A stretch of 64,000 nt of DNA from an uncultured Gemmatimonadales bacterium (GTDB lineage Bacteria > Gemmatimonadota > Gemmatimonadetes > Gemmatimonadales > GWC2-71-9), in NCBI GenBank assembly GCA_963844035.1, contig CAWJMT010000004.1, forward strand, positions 288,001 to 352,000, read 5' to 3'. Made by a program: the position numbers and the translations under genes. The notes beneath the pieces are model-generated. The model was not told where the DNA came from, did no database searches, and saw nothing but the letters and a program-made list of their open reading frames with translations. The stretch's first letter is position 1. Each line of letters opens with the position of its first letter. This document shows positions 24,166 through 33,881 of this stretch, piece after piece.

Positions 24166-24526
24166 CTAGGCTCGAGGAGGCGGAGTTGCGAACTCGGGTG
24201 TGGCGGACAACAGCGGCACTGAGGACATCGACATGCACGTCTACGACAACGAAATCAATGGCAGGAGTCGCCGGCAATTGCGGCAGCACGCAGGCGGCCA
24301 CCAGGAGATCCGGCATCCCGCAATGCTCCGGGGCCGAGATCTTGGCTCCGGGTGTGTGATGCCCTGTCTGGCGATGCTCGGCTCCCATGGCGTGGTGCTC
24401 ATGGGTCGGCATCTCGGTCCCCATCAGGCAGTATGCCGCGCATGACACCGCGTTCGCGGTGGCTACGGGCATCCAAGCCAGAAGGAGGAACAGGCCGCCA
24501 GCGCGGCGCAGCAGGGGGCGAGTCAT
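24166..24526 (-). CDS. DUF2946/CutF/CruR-like uORF: signal peptide, CAAYC, His/Met-rich segment, C-terminal PEFATPPPRA* after a probable indel near 24210
   Basis: ORF 24526-24140 as assembled; alternate frame ttg tcc gcc aca ccc gag ttc gca act ccg cct cct cga gcc tag ends at 24166; lies about 115 nt before the TBDR start. Confidence 0.65.
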
Positions 24527-24594
24527 TGGATTAGTCAGCGTCCGATATTACCCCAAGCGCACGTCGAAGGGCAAGCCGGAGCGCTCGCATGACG

Positions 24595-26663
24595 CTACAG
24601 GCCCCAGCCCAGCCCGATTCGCACCTGGCGGGGCTCGACCGGGTGAAAATGGATATCGTCAACGCCGGCCGCCGGTTCACCGTCGAGGCGGGACGTATAG
24701 TAGTAGGCGATGTCGTTCGCGACCTGGTCGAAGATGTTCAATACCGATACGTGGATTCGCAGCCCGCGCACCGCATATCCCACCTCGCCGTTGACGAGGT
24801 TCGTCGGTGTCGCGCGGACGCTGTTGTCCTCGATCAGCGGATACGTTCCGAAGTGTCGCAGCCGAAGCGACGCGAACATGCCGCGCGGCGCCGAACTCCA
24901 GGTGATTCCCGATGCCACGACATTCTCGAGGCGCCCGGGAATGTGATCCTCGTTCGCCGGACACACCGCTAAACCGCGCCTGGGCAAACGACACGTCCGC
25001 GTCGAGCGCCAGCTGCGGAATCGGGCGGTAGAAGTTCGCCCACGTCACCCCACGGCGCCGGCTGGCGGACGCGGGCTCCGTCGTCCCACCGTCCCCGATG
25101 AACAGCAACTCGCTGTCGAGATTCAGAGCCCAAACCGAAAGCGTGGAATGCCAGCCCCGGCGAGGCGTAGCCCGGATGCCGATCTCGGCACCATGCGAGC
25201 GCACCAGCGGATCAACCCGCGGCGCCGGCATGCCCGTGCTGGGATCGATCGTGATAGTCGTCCCGCGGGCGTCGTTGCTGTGAAACCCGAGTCCACCGCT
25301 CACGATACACCTCGGCCGCGGGGGACGGGGTGAAGATCAACGAGGCCTTGGGGCTCACGATGCCGGCGTTGCGATGCCCGGAGTTGACGGCGAGGTCGCT
25401 CGCTACGTCGAAGGAGTACCCGTCACCACGAACTCCCAAGCACGGTGCGGAACCACGGCCGCCATCGCGACGTCGCCTGGACAAACAGGCCGACGGCCGA
25501 CTCCCGGACCTCGTCCTCCCGCACGGTGCCCGACCGCACTCTGGCTACCGTGCGGTACAGGCCGACCGGGCTGAGGATGTCGTAACGAGTTTGCAGCCCA
25601 ACAGTCAGACACATGTGACGCACCGAGCGCGTCCACCTGCTGCGTCTGCGTGGCTTTCCCGCCGAGTACCAGGCGACTCTCGCGCTGATTGAACTGGTCG
25701 CCGCTCGTCGTGTCGCTCAGCCGGTACTCGAAGTTCGAGAAGAGGCTGAGGTCGGATCGAATGCCGAACAGCTGGACCTGCTGCAGCGACCGCGCGCCAC
25801 GTGTGGCTCCACGAGCCCGAGAGACTGTAGCGCCCCGTACTACCGCCGTCCGTGGGGTCGACGTGCCCGAACCGGCTGATCAAGCCGCCTTCGACCGCCC
25901 GCAAGGGGATCTGATCGGTCGCATTCCATTGGTTGTGGTACGCCATGCCAAGGATCGAGAACTGCGACGATCCCCGTTCCCACGAGTAGCGGGTGACCCC
26001 ACTCAGCTTGCGCAGCTGCTCGGGGATCTCCCAAGGACCGTTGTAGCCCTTCACCTCGCCGGCAACCAGCAGATCGCCGCCTCCCGCCCGCGCCGACGCG
26101 CCCGCCGCAAGGCGCGCCATCCCGTTCTCCCCGACTGTCGTGGTGGCGAAGGGCCGGCTCAGCAAACGGGCCAGGTGGTACTCGGCGGCGCCGGCGCTTC
26201 CGAAATCTCCAACCTCGGCGTGATACACACCGAGCCGATAGTCGAGATAGTCCACCAACTCGGGGATGAGAAAGTTCAGATCGGTGTAGCCCTGGCCATG
26301 GGCGTGCGTCGGCATGTTCAGGGGCATGCCGTCGAGCGTCGTCTGGAAGTCGGTGCCGTGATCGAGATTGAACCCGCGCACGAAGTACTGGTTGGCTTTG
26401 CCGTCCCCGGAGTGCTGCGTGACGATCACGCCGGGCACGGTCTCCTGCAGCTCTCCCTCGCGAGCGATCGGTCGCAGCCGGAGGTCGGCGGCTCCCACTC
26501 GTCCTTCCGACGCGGTCGCGGCGGTGCCGATGAGGTTGTCGGAGCGCCCCGTCACGACAACCGCTGGAAGCACGACCGTCTTGGCGGAGTCCTCCTGGGA
26601 GCGCGCCGGGACGGCCGCGAGGGTGCTGGCGGCAGCGGCGATGAGACAGCAGCGGCGGATCAT
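24595..26663 (-). CDS. TonB-dependent receptor, QHSGxGKANQY family (multiple frameshifts)
   Basis: TQHSGDGKANQYFVRGFNLDHGTDF, HAHGQGYTDLN, GFHSNDARG, DIHFHPVEPR. Confidence 0.88.
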
Positions 26664-26722
26664 GACACGCAAATTGCCTCATGAGGCGTCAATGTGGAAC
26701 GGGACCGAACCGGCGGCCTCCG

Positions 26723-26731
26723 TGCTATAAT
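26723..26731 (+). promoter_or_regulatory. Extended -10 promoter of the sco-ctaG-cusF operon (near-leaderless)
   Basis: TGcTATAAT ending 9 nt before GTG 26741. Confidence 0.55.
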
Positions 26732-26740
26732 TCCGAACCT

Positions 26741-27382
26741 GTGTTCCATCATCGAGCGATTCTCTCCCTGTGCGCAATGGCCGTTCTCGGGTCGGCCTGC
26801 CGAGGCACGACCACCAAGGTCGTGCGGGCGGGTGAATACAAGGGCGACGTCATCGTCCAACCGATCCCCGCACCCGATTTCACCCTCACTACCACCGACG
26901 GCCAGCCCTACCACTTCAGGCAGGAAACGAACGGCATGCTCGGCCTGCTGTTCTTCGGCTACACCCACTGCCCGGACATCTGCCCGGTGCACATGGCCAA
27001 CCTGGCGGCCGTGCTGCGGCGGCTACCCACCGAAGTTTCCCGCAAGGTGAAGGTGGTGTTCGTCACAGTGGACCCGGCGCGCGACACGCCGCAGGAGCTG
27101 CGCGCCTGGCTCGACAACTTCGATCGCTCGTTCGTAGGCCTGCGGGGCCCGCTCGACCAGGTGAACAAGATCCAGAACGACTTCAAAATGCCCGCCACCG
27201 TGTTCGAGAAGCTTCCCGACGGCGGCTACGCGGTCGGGCACGGGGCCCCGGTGATCGCGGTGATCGCCGACTCGGCGCGCGTTTTCTATCCCTTCGGCAT
27301 CCGGCAGGAGGATTGGCTGCACGACCTGCCGAAGCTCGTCGCGACCGTCCCCGTCCCCAGCGCGCGGGGGGGCGCCGACTGA
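26741..27382 (+). CDS. SCO1/SenC copper chaperone lipoprotein
   Basis: FFGYTHCPDICP, TVDPARDT, YAVGH. Confidence 0.92.
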   Translation: MFHHRAILSLCAMAVLGSACRGTTTKVVRAGEYKGDVIVQPIPAPDFTLTTTDGQPYHFRQETNGMLGLLFFGYTHCPDICPVHMANLAAVLRRLPTEVSRKVKVVFVTVDPARDTPQELRAWLDNFDRSFVGLRGPLDQVNKIQNDFKMPATVFEKLPDGGYAVGHGAPVIAVIADSARVFYPFGIRQEDWLHDLPKLVATVPVPSARGGAD

Positions 27383-28224
27383 TGCAGTGGTGGTGTTCGG
27401 CGCAGGGAGTGCCGTGGACCTGGGAGTGGCGTCCCTACCTGGGCGTGTGGCTGCTGGTTGCGCTGATCGCCATGGCCTACCGGCGCACCTATCGGGCCAT
27501 CCCGGCCCCCGCCGATCCCGACGCCCGCAAACTGCGCCAATGGCGCGCGGCGGCGGCCGCGTCGGGGATCGCAGGGGTATGGCTGCTGCTCGACTGGCCG
27601 ATCGGCGCACTCGGGGCCGGTTACCTCGCGAGCGTGCACACCGTGCAATTCATCGGTCTCGGCCTGGCGTTGCCGCCGTTGCTGCTGTTCGGGCTTCCCG
27701 AAGGCTGGGAAGCGACGCGCGGGGCCCGATTGAGCTCGATCCTCTCGCAGGTGACGAACCCCCTCACCGCAATCGTCGGATTCACCGTCATCGTGTTCCT
27801 CACCCACCTGCCACCGATCGTGGACGCCTTGATGGTGACGCAGGTCGGCTCGTTTGTCCTCGATCTCGCGTGGCTGGTCGGCGGCCTCGCGTTTTGGTGG
27901 CCCGTCGTGCGGCGCTGGCCGCAGCCGGCGCTGGGGCCGGCAGCGCGGCTCGCGTATGTGCTCGCAGGCACCGCGGCGCGGATGGGGATCGGCATGTTCA
28001 TGGGCCTGGCACCGTTCCCGCTCAATCGCGTGTTCGAGCTTGCGCCGCCGATCAACGGGATCGATGCGTTCGAGGACCAGCAGCGCGCCGGCGGGCTGAT
28101 GATGTTCGGCGACGTCCTCGTGGGCCTCGCCGGCGTCGCGATCCTCATCTACATCTGGCAACGCGACGAGCATGAGCGGCTGGCGAAGGCAGCGAGGGAT
28201 ACGGTCGGTCGTGAGGTAGTCTGA
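27382..28224 (+). CDS. Cytochrome c oxidase caa3 assembly factor (CtaG-like)
   Basis: DWPIG..G..YLASVHTVQ, HLP, FWWPV, DQQRAGGLM; TGATG coupling to sco. Confidence 0.82.
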   Translation: MQWWCSAQGVPWTWEWRPYLGVWLLVALIAMAYRRTYRAIPAPADPDARKLRQWRAAAAASGIAGVWLLLDWPIGALGAGYLASVHTVQFIGLGLALPPLLLFGLPEGWEATRGARLSSILSQVTNPLTAIVGFTVIVFLTHLPPIVDALMVTQVGSFVLDLAWLVGGLAFWWPVVRRWPQPALGPAARLAYVLAGTAARMGIGMFMGLAPFPLNRVFELAPPINGIDAFEDQQRAGGLMMFGDVLVGLAGVAILIYIWQRDEHERLAKAARDTVGREVV

Positions 28225-28559
28225 GCGCTGCGCGGACCGTTGGCGCGGTCGCGCTGTTCCTGACGGCAGCTCTTGGGACGGCGTGTCGCGCAAAGCCGGA
28301 GCAAATCACCCGCCGTTACGACCTGCACGGCACGGTCGTCGCCGTCAACCGGGCCAGCGGCAATCTCGTCGTGAAGCACGACGACATACCCGGGTACATG
28401 TCGTCGATGACCATGCCCTACCGCGCGGCCAATCCCCAGGACCTCACCTTCCTCGAGAACGGCGACGAGATCCGCGCCGAGCTCCTCGTGACCATCGAGG
28501 GCGCAGCGCGTCTCGAGCACATCAGGGTCGTGCAGCACGCGAAGACCGCACCGCGATAG
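28221..28559 (+). CDS. CusF-like copper-binding lipoprotein with apparent CTG start
   Basis: Frame open from 28215: LSAARTVGAVALFLTAALGTAC...RYDLHGTVV...KHDDIPGYMSSMTMPY; CTGA overlaps the ctaG stop; GAGGT upstream. Confidence 0.75.
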   Translation: MSAARTVGAVALFLTAALGTACRAKPEQITRRYDLHGTVVAVNRASGNLVVKHDDIPGYMSSMTMPYRAANPQDLTFLENGDEIRAELLVTIEGAARLEHIRVVQHAKTAPR

Positions 28560-30000
28560 CCGTTCGCACCACCGCCCACATCAGCGCGAACCAGCCGCTC
28601 AGCGTGATCGCCCACCCGATCCCCGGCTGGAAAAGCCGCATGATCCGCAAGTAAGACTGGAACGCCAGCGGAAGGCCCACCAGCAGAAGTACTCCCAGGA
28701 CCAGACCGCCGAGCGCCGGCAACACAATGCGCAGTGTGCGGGCGCGCCCGGTGCCCGGCCGCGTGGCCGGCAGCGCGCTCCAGCGCCGGAAGCGACGCAG
28801 CGAGAAGACCGCGGACGCGACCTGAAGAAACGGCAGCGACAGGAACACCGCGAGCATACCTGCAAAGATCAGCGGAAACGTGATCGGGACCGGCGGCCGG
28901 CCCATGACCATGCGCGCGACATTCACCGCGGCGTCCTGAACGTGACCCTCCGCCGCGACGCCGTTGGCGTTGGCGAGCAGCGCCACGCCCCATCCGCTGT
29001 CGGGCAACAAGATGAAGCGGGAGAGGAACGCCGGCACCGAGCCGGCGATCTCGAGCGTCTTGACCCCGTCGATGTCCTGGATGACGAACCCCAGCGCCAG
29101 GTCGGTGCCAGGCACGATGTTCCCCCGCGGCGTGTGCATCTCCGCGACAACGCGGGGCGAGAGCGCGGGCCGCCCCGCATACCGCCCCTGACCGAGCTGC
29201 GCCGCGAGGTAGTGTCCCACGTCTTCGGCGCTGGAGATCAGGTATCCGGCGGCCAGGTCGCCGCGGTTCGCCGGCTGCACCGTCGCGATCGGCACGCCAA
29301 ACATCACCCGGTAGCCGGTCGACAGCCCGTCCCGCTCCGCGTCGGCACGCTCGGTGTGCGTGTGGTGCATCTCCAGCGGCTCGAACACCCGCGTGCGCAT
29401 GTACGCCGCGTACGGCATCCCGCTCGCGGCCTCGATCACGAGCCCCAGGGTCGTGTAGTTCGCATTGCTGTACTGGAAGCCGCGCACCGGCTTCACACTC
29501 CCGAGCCGTCGAACGTGCCGCACGGCGGCTGCGGCACTCGTATCGGGGTCGTCCAGCCAGTACTCGCCCGCGCGCCCAGGAATCCCGCCGGAATGCATCA
29601 TCACCTGGCGGACGGTGATGCCGCGCGAGAACGCCGTGTCGGCCAGGGTGAACCAGGGGAGATAGCGCTGGACCGGGGCGTCAAGATCGATGCGCCCTTC
29701 CTCCGCCAGCTGGAGAATCGCGAGCGCGGTGAAGCTCTTGGTGGTGGAGCCGAGATAGAACGGCGTGGCCGCCGTCACCTTGCGGCCGGTGCGATCGGCG
29801 ACGCCGAATCCGCGCGCGTGCACCACCCGGTCTCCCTTCACGATCACGAGCGCCCCGCCCGGCACCCCGCCCTGCCTGAACTGGTCCTCGATCATACTGT
29901 CGATTGCAGCAAACTCGGATTGCGCGCGGAGCGGGCCGGCGAACGCCAGCACCGCTATACATGCGCGGAAGCAACTCGAGACTGCGTGACGCCTGTTCAT
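28522..30000 (-). CDS. Serine hydrolase, beta-lactamase class C-like, with C-terminal TM helices
   Basis: FYLGSTTKSFT (SxxK), FQYSNANY (YxN), signal peptide. Confidence 0.88.
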   Translation of the reverse strand: MNRRHAVSSCFRACIAVLAFAGPLRAQSEFAAIDSMIEDQFRQGGVPGGALVIVKGDRVVHARGFGVADRTGRKVTAATPFYLGSTTKSFTALAILQLAEEGRIDLDAPVQRYLPWFTLADTAFSRGITVRQVMMHSGGIPGRAGEYWLDDPDTSAAAAVRHVRRLGSVKPVRGFQYSNANYTTLGLVIEAASGMPYAAYMRTRVFEPLEMHHTHTERADAERDGLSTGYRVMFGVPIATVQPANRGDLAAGYLISSAEDVGHYLAAQLGQGRYAGRPALSPRVVAEMHTPRGNIVPGTDLALGFVIQDIDGVKTLEIAGSVPAFLSRFILLPDSGWGVALLANANGVAAEGHVQDAAVNVARMVMGRPPVPITFPLIFAGMLAVFLSLPFLQVASAVFSLRRFRRWSALPATRPGTGRARTLRIVLPALGGLVLGVLLLVGLPLAFQSYLRIMRLFQPGIGWAITLSGWFALMWAVVRTAIAVRSSRAARP

Positions 30001-30049
30001 GGATTCGCCCCGTATGAGTGTGAAGTGCATGGAGCGAATCAAGCGCTGC

Positions 30050-30104
30050 GACATGAGATGGTGGTGAACGTTGTGGCGAAGCGGGCTGGTTCTGGGGTGA
30101 ACCG
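30050..30104 (-). promoter_or_regulatory. Putative LytTR direct-repeat boxes upstream of the serine hydrolase
   Basis: CGGTTCACC (30096-30104) and CGCTTCGCC (30075-30083) 21 nt apart, plus CGTTCACC (30063-30070). Confidence 0.55.
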
Positions 30105-30106
30105 CG

Positions 30107-30796
30107 CTACCCTCGCGGCAGTCGGTCGCGGTACTTCTGGCCGATCGGCAGCTCAGTGCCGTCCTGCAGCACCACGGCGTGGTCGCCGAGCCCCAGGTTG
30201 CGAACCTCTTTGATGCGCTCGAAGCGCACCATGGCGGAGCGGTGGATGCGGACGAAGTGTTTGGGGTCGAGCGTCGCTTCCAGCGTGGTGAGGGTCTCGC
30301 GCACCAGGTGCTGCTGCTGGCCGACGTGCAGGCAGGCGTAGTTGTCGCGCGCTTCGATCCAGTCGATCGCACCGGTTTCAACGAACACGGTCCGTTTGCC
30401 CAACGTCACCGCGATGCGTTCGAGGTAGCCGCCGCGCTGCTGCAACGCCGCCCGCGCGCGGCCCACCGCCTTGGCCAGCCGGCCATCGTCATACGGCTTG
30501 AGAAGGTAGTCGCCGGCGGCGCGATCGAAGGCGCGCACCGCGTGCTCCGCCTGCCCCGTCACAAACACCACGAATGGCGCCGGCGTGACGTTCATCGTGT
30601 CGAGCACATGAAAGCCGTCGAGGCCCGGCATCTGCACATCGAGAAACACGAGGTCCGGCTTGAGGCCGCGGATGGCGCGGAGCGCCTCTTCGGCGGTCTC
30701 GCTCTCGCCCAGGATGTCGACGTCGGGGTGGTCGGCGAGCATGGTCCGCAGGCGCTGCCGCGCCAGCGGCTCGTCGTCAACGATCAGCGCGCGCAC
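30107..30796 (-). CDS. LytTR-family response regulator
   Basis: VDDEPLAR, FLDVQMPGLDGF, DYLLKP, FVRIHRS. Confidence 0.95.
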   Translation of the reverse strand: MRALIVDDEPLARQRLRTMLADHPDVDILGESETAEEALRAIRGLKPDLVFLDVQMPGLDGFHVLDTMNVTPAPFVVFVTGQAEHAVRAFDRAAGDYLLKPYDDGRLAKAVGRARAALQQRGGYLERIAVTLGKRTVFVETGAIDWIEARDNYACLHVGQQQHLVRETLTTLEATLDPKHFVRIHRSAMVRFERIKEVRNLGLGDHAVVLQDGTELPIGQKYRDRLPRG

Positions 30797-31881
30797 GCGG
30801 CACAGCCTGTTGGAAGCGGAATGTCGATCGTGGCCCGCACCCCTCCTGACTCAACCGGAGCGAGCTCGAAGCGGTGGTCCCCGGGAAACAGCGTGGCAAG
30901 ACGAGCGCGCGTGTTGCCGACCCCGATGCGCTCGCGGGAGCGCGCGTCCGCAGGCAACCCCACGCCGTCGTCCAGGACCGACAGCACCAACCGGTCCCCG
31001 TTGCGGGCGCCGGTGATCGCGATGGCGCCCGGGCCAACCTTGGGGCCGATGCCGTGCGTCAACGCGTTTTCGACGAGCGGCTGCAGCAGCATGCTGGGCA
31101 CCCGGGCGCCACGGATGTCGTCCGGGATCGCCGTCGTCACGGTGAGCCGGGGCCCGAATCGCATCTGTTGCAGGGCGACGTACAGCTCGAGCCGCTCCAT
31201 TTCATCTCCCAGTGAAGACTCCCCACCGGCCGTCCCGTCGAGCGTCAGGCGCAAGAGGTCGCTCAGCTTCACGAGCATCGACTCGGCGGTCCGCGGATCG
31301 GCCCGGACCAGCGCCGCGATGGCGTTCAGCGTGTTGAAAAGAAAGTGCGGTTGCAGCTCGACCGACAGTGCGTGCAGCTGGGCCCGCGACAGTGATACTT
31401 CTGTCTCCTTCACCTGACGCTGCTGCAGGCGGCGGAGGTGCAAGCGATACAGCACAAAGTAGGGCACGAAGAGGAACACCAGGAACTGTCCCACGGCGCG
31501 GTCGATCTCGCTCCCCAGTGCCGCGGGACCAACCAGGTCCGCCGCCATCCCTGGGACCACGTACGCCGTGAGGCGCGCCAGCGTCGTCGCCAGCAGCCCG
31601 CGAACCACGCCTGCTAGGGCGGCGACTCCGACGGTGAGCGAAAGATTCCGGAGCAGTACCCCGCGCGTGAGCGGGAGGCGGTCCAGGGCGGCGAAGGTCG
31701 CGGGAAGGATCGCGATCCAACACAGGAACCGGATCACCTGGCCCACGACCAACGGGGTGGTGATGCCCTGCTGCAACCGGTCGGCCGGCTCGACGATCGT
31801 CACGAACAGGAGAAACAAGACGACGGCCGCCCATTCCGCTCGCGTCGCGAGGGCGACGACCCGCACCTGAGGCGAGGTCAT
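30784..31881 (-). CDS. LytS/YehU-family sensor histidine kinase
   Basis: LQPHFLFNTLN, LLQPLVENALTHG, DDGVG, N-terminal TM helices. Confidence 0.93.
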   Translation of the reverse strand: MTSPQVRVVALATRAEWAAVVLFLLFVTIVEPADRLQQGITTPLVVGQVIRFLCWIAILPATFAALDRLPLTRGVLLRNLSLTVGVAALAGVVRGLLATTLARLTAYVVPGMAADLVGPAALGSEIDRAVGQFLVFLFVPYFVLYRLHLRRLQQRQVKETEVSLSRAQLHALSVELQPHFLFNTLNAIAALVRADPRTAESMLVKLSDLLRLTLDGTAGGESSLGDEMERLELYVALQQMRFGPRLTVTTAIPDDIRGARVPSMLLQPLVENALTHGIGPKVGPGAIAITGARNGDRLVLSVLDDGVGLPADARSRERIGVGNTRARLATLFPGDHRFELAPVESGGVRATIDIPLPTGCAACAR

Positions 31882-32705
31882 TTGTCCTTCCTCTTGAAGC
31901 CCACCGGCAAGTCGAAGTGCACCGAATCGGTCCGGGCCGGCGCCAGGTCGAGTGTTTCGATCGTCGTCACGGTCTCAGTGGGATCGTCGTCATCCCCGGT
32001 CACCAGCCGGTGCACCACGCGGAGCCGGGTCGCCGAGCCGACGGAGTCGTCAATCGCGGCCATCCGCTCGGTGAGCACTGGATCGGCGCGGGACGTCGCG
32101 TCGCCGATCGCCATGTACATCCCGCCGAGGGGATTGGGCAGGCGCGGCAGATCGGGACTGAGCCACACGTCGCGCGTCTCCCGCATCTGGATGCGCTTCT
32201 TGATGAGGAGCACCTTGAGGGTCACGCGAAAGCTCCGGCTGATGCGCACCTGCTCCGTCCGGAATCCCCCGATCGAATCGCCCGTGGGCACGCGCTCGAA
32301 CCCCGCCTGCACGTTGTCGAGTTTCACCTTGAAGGCACCGCGATTCATGGCGCCGGCGATCGCGTCGCCCATCGAGTCGAGGGGCACGACTGAATATTGC
32401 CGCTTCTCGGGATTCACGATGTAGAGGGTATGCCCGCCATCGTAGGTCAGGAAGAACGTCCCGGGCTTGAAGTCGTCCACGCCTTCGACGACATCGGCCC
32501 GCGCCGAGTCGCCCCGTACGATGGTGCGCGCCACAATGGTCGGTTGGGCCGTGACTTTGCCCTTGGAATCGGTGGTCACGACCGACACGCGGCAGATGTA
32601 GGCCATTTCTCTGACAGGAATCTGACCCGCTGCGGGGCCCGGCGTGGCGGTGACAGCCGCGGCGGCGGTCGCCGCGGCGCACCAACGGGAGAGGTGTCCG
32701 CTCAT
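31878..32705 (-). CDS. Secreted hypothetical protein (DUF4412-like)
   Basis: Signal peptide; IVNPEKRQY, VWLSPDLP, FDLPVGFK pattern. Confidence 0.6.
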   Translation of the reverse strand: MSGHLSRWCAAATAAAAVTATPGPAAGQIPVREMAYICRVSVVTTDSKGKVTAQPTIVARTIVRGDSARADVVEGVDDFKPGTFFLTYDGGHTLYIVNPEKRQYSVVPLDSMGDAIAGAMNRGAFKVKLDNVQAGFERVPTGDSIGGFRTEQVRISRSFRVTLKVLLIKKRIQMRETRDVWLSPDLPRLPNPLGGMYMAIGDATSRADPVLTERMAAIDDSVGSATRLRVVHRLVTGDDDDPTETVTTIETLDLAPARTDSVHFDLPVGFKRKDK

Positions 32706-32777
32706 GGTTCGCTCCGTGTGGGTAGTGGTCTGCACGGATCGAAACAAGCAATTCCAATGAGGGCCGTGGGGCGCGCT

Positions 32778-32830
32778 GACGTAAACGGGGTGGCGGCGGG
32801 GTGAAACGGACGGAGGCGGGGGTGAATCGG
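32778..32830 (-). promoter_or_regulatory. Putative LytTR direct-repeat boxes, three copies
   Basis: CCGATTCACC, CCGTTTCACC and CCGTTTACGTC beginning at 32830, 32809 and 32788 on the minus strand: exact 21-bp period. Confidence 0.62.
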
Positions 32831-32836
32831 GGCGGG

Positions 32837-33881
32837 TCAGCCCCCGAAATACCCCTTCGCCACCAGCAGCTCCGCGTTCAGGATCGCCGCGCCCGCCGCG
32901 CCGCGGACGGTGTTGTGGCTCAGCGCCACGAAACGGTACCCGAGGACCTGGTCGGGGAAGATCCGCCCGACCGTGACGCTCATCCCGCCGCCGGCATCGC
33001 GGTCGAGCCGTGGCTGGGGCCGGTCCGGCTCGTCGCGCACGATGATCGGCCGCTCGGGAGCGGTGTGGAGCTTGAGCGCTTGCGGCACCCCGCTGAACTC
33101 TGCGAGCGCCGCGCGCACCCCGGCAACATCGGTCTTACGCCCGAGCTTCACTCTGATCGCGGCGATGTGCCCGTCCTGGACGTTCACGCGGTGGACCTGC
33201 GCACTCACGGGAAACGGCGCCGAGGCAATGGTGCCGTCTCGGACGGTCCCGAGAATCTTCTGTGTTTCGCGCTCGATTTTTTCCTCTTCGCTACCGATAT
33301 AGGGCACCACATTGTCGGTAATGTCCATCGCGGACACGCCGGGGTATCCCGCCCCGGAGATGGCCTGGAGCGTGGTCACCACGCAGGCTTCGACGCCGAA
33401 CTTCTGGTGCAGCGGCGCAAGCGCGAGCGCAATCCCGATCGCCGAGCAATTGGGATTCGTGACGATGAAGCCTTTTCCCTTGCGACCGTTCAAGATGCCC
33501 TAAGTGGTCGGGGTTCACCTCGGGGACCAGCAGCGGCACGCCTGCGTCCATGCGATACGACGAGGTGTTGCTGATCACCGGGTAGCCGGCCTCGGCGAAA
33601 CACCCTTCCATTTCCCGTCCGACCTCCGACGGCACGCTCGAGAAGATCACATCGCAGTCGAGCGGCGGCCGCGGCGGATGTACGGGCAGCGCGCGCGCGC
33701 TCTTGGGCATGTCCCCCGGGAGGCGCCACACACACGCTTCGGCGTAGGTCTTCCCCACCGACCGATCGGAGGCGGCGAGCGCCGTGACCACGAACTGCGG
33801 ATGCCCCTCGAGCATCTGCACGAAGCGCTGGCCCACGGTTCCTGTGGCCCCAAGGATGCCGACCCGAATCTTCTTGGTCAT
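32837..33881 (-). CDS. asd: Aspartate-semialdehyde dehydrogenase (frameshift near 33490)
   Basis: GATGTVGQ, VPEVNPDH, TNPNCS, QAISGAG, HNTVRGAAG. Confidence 0.95.
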
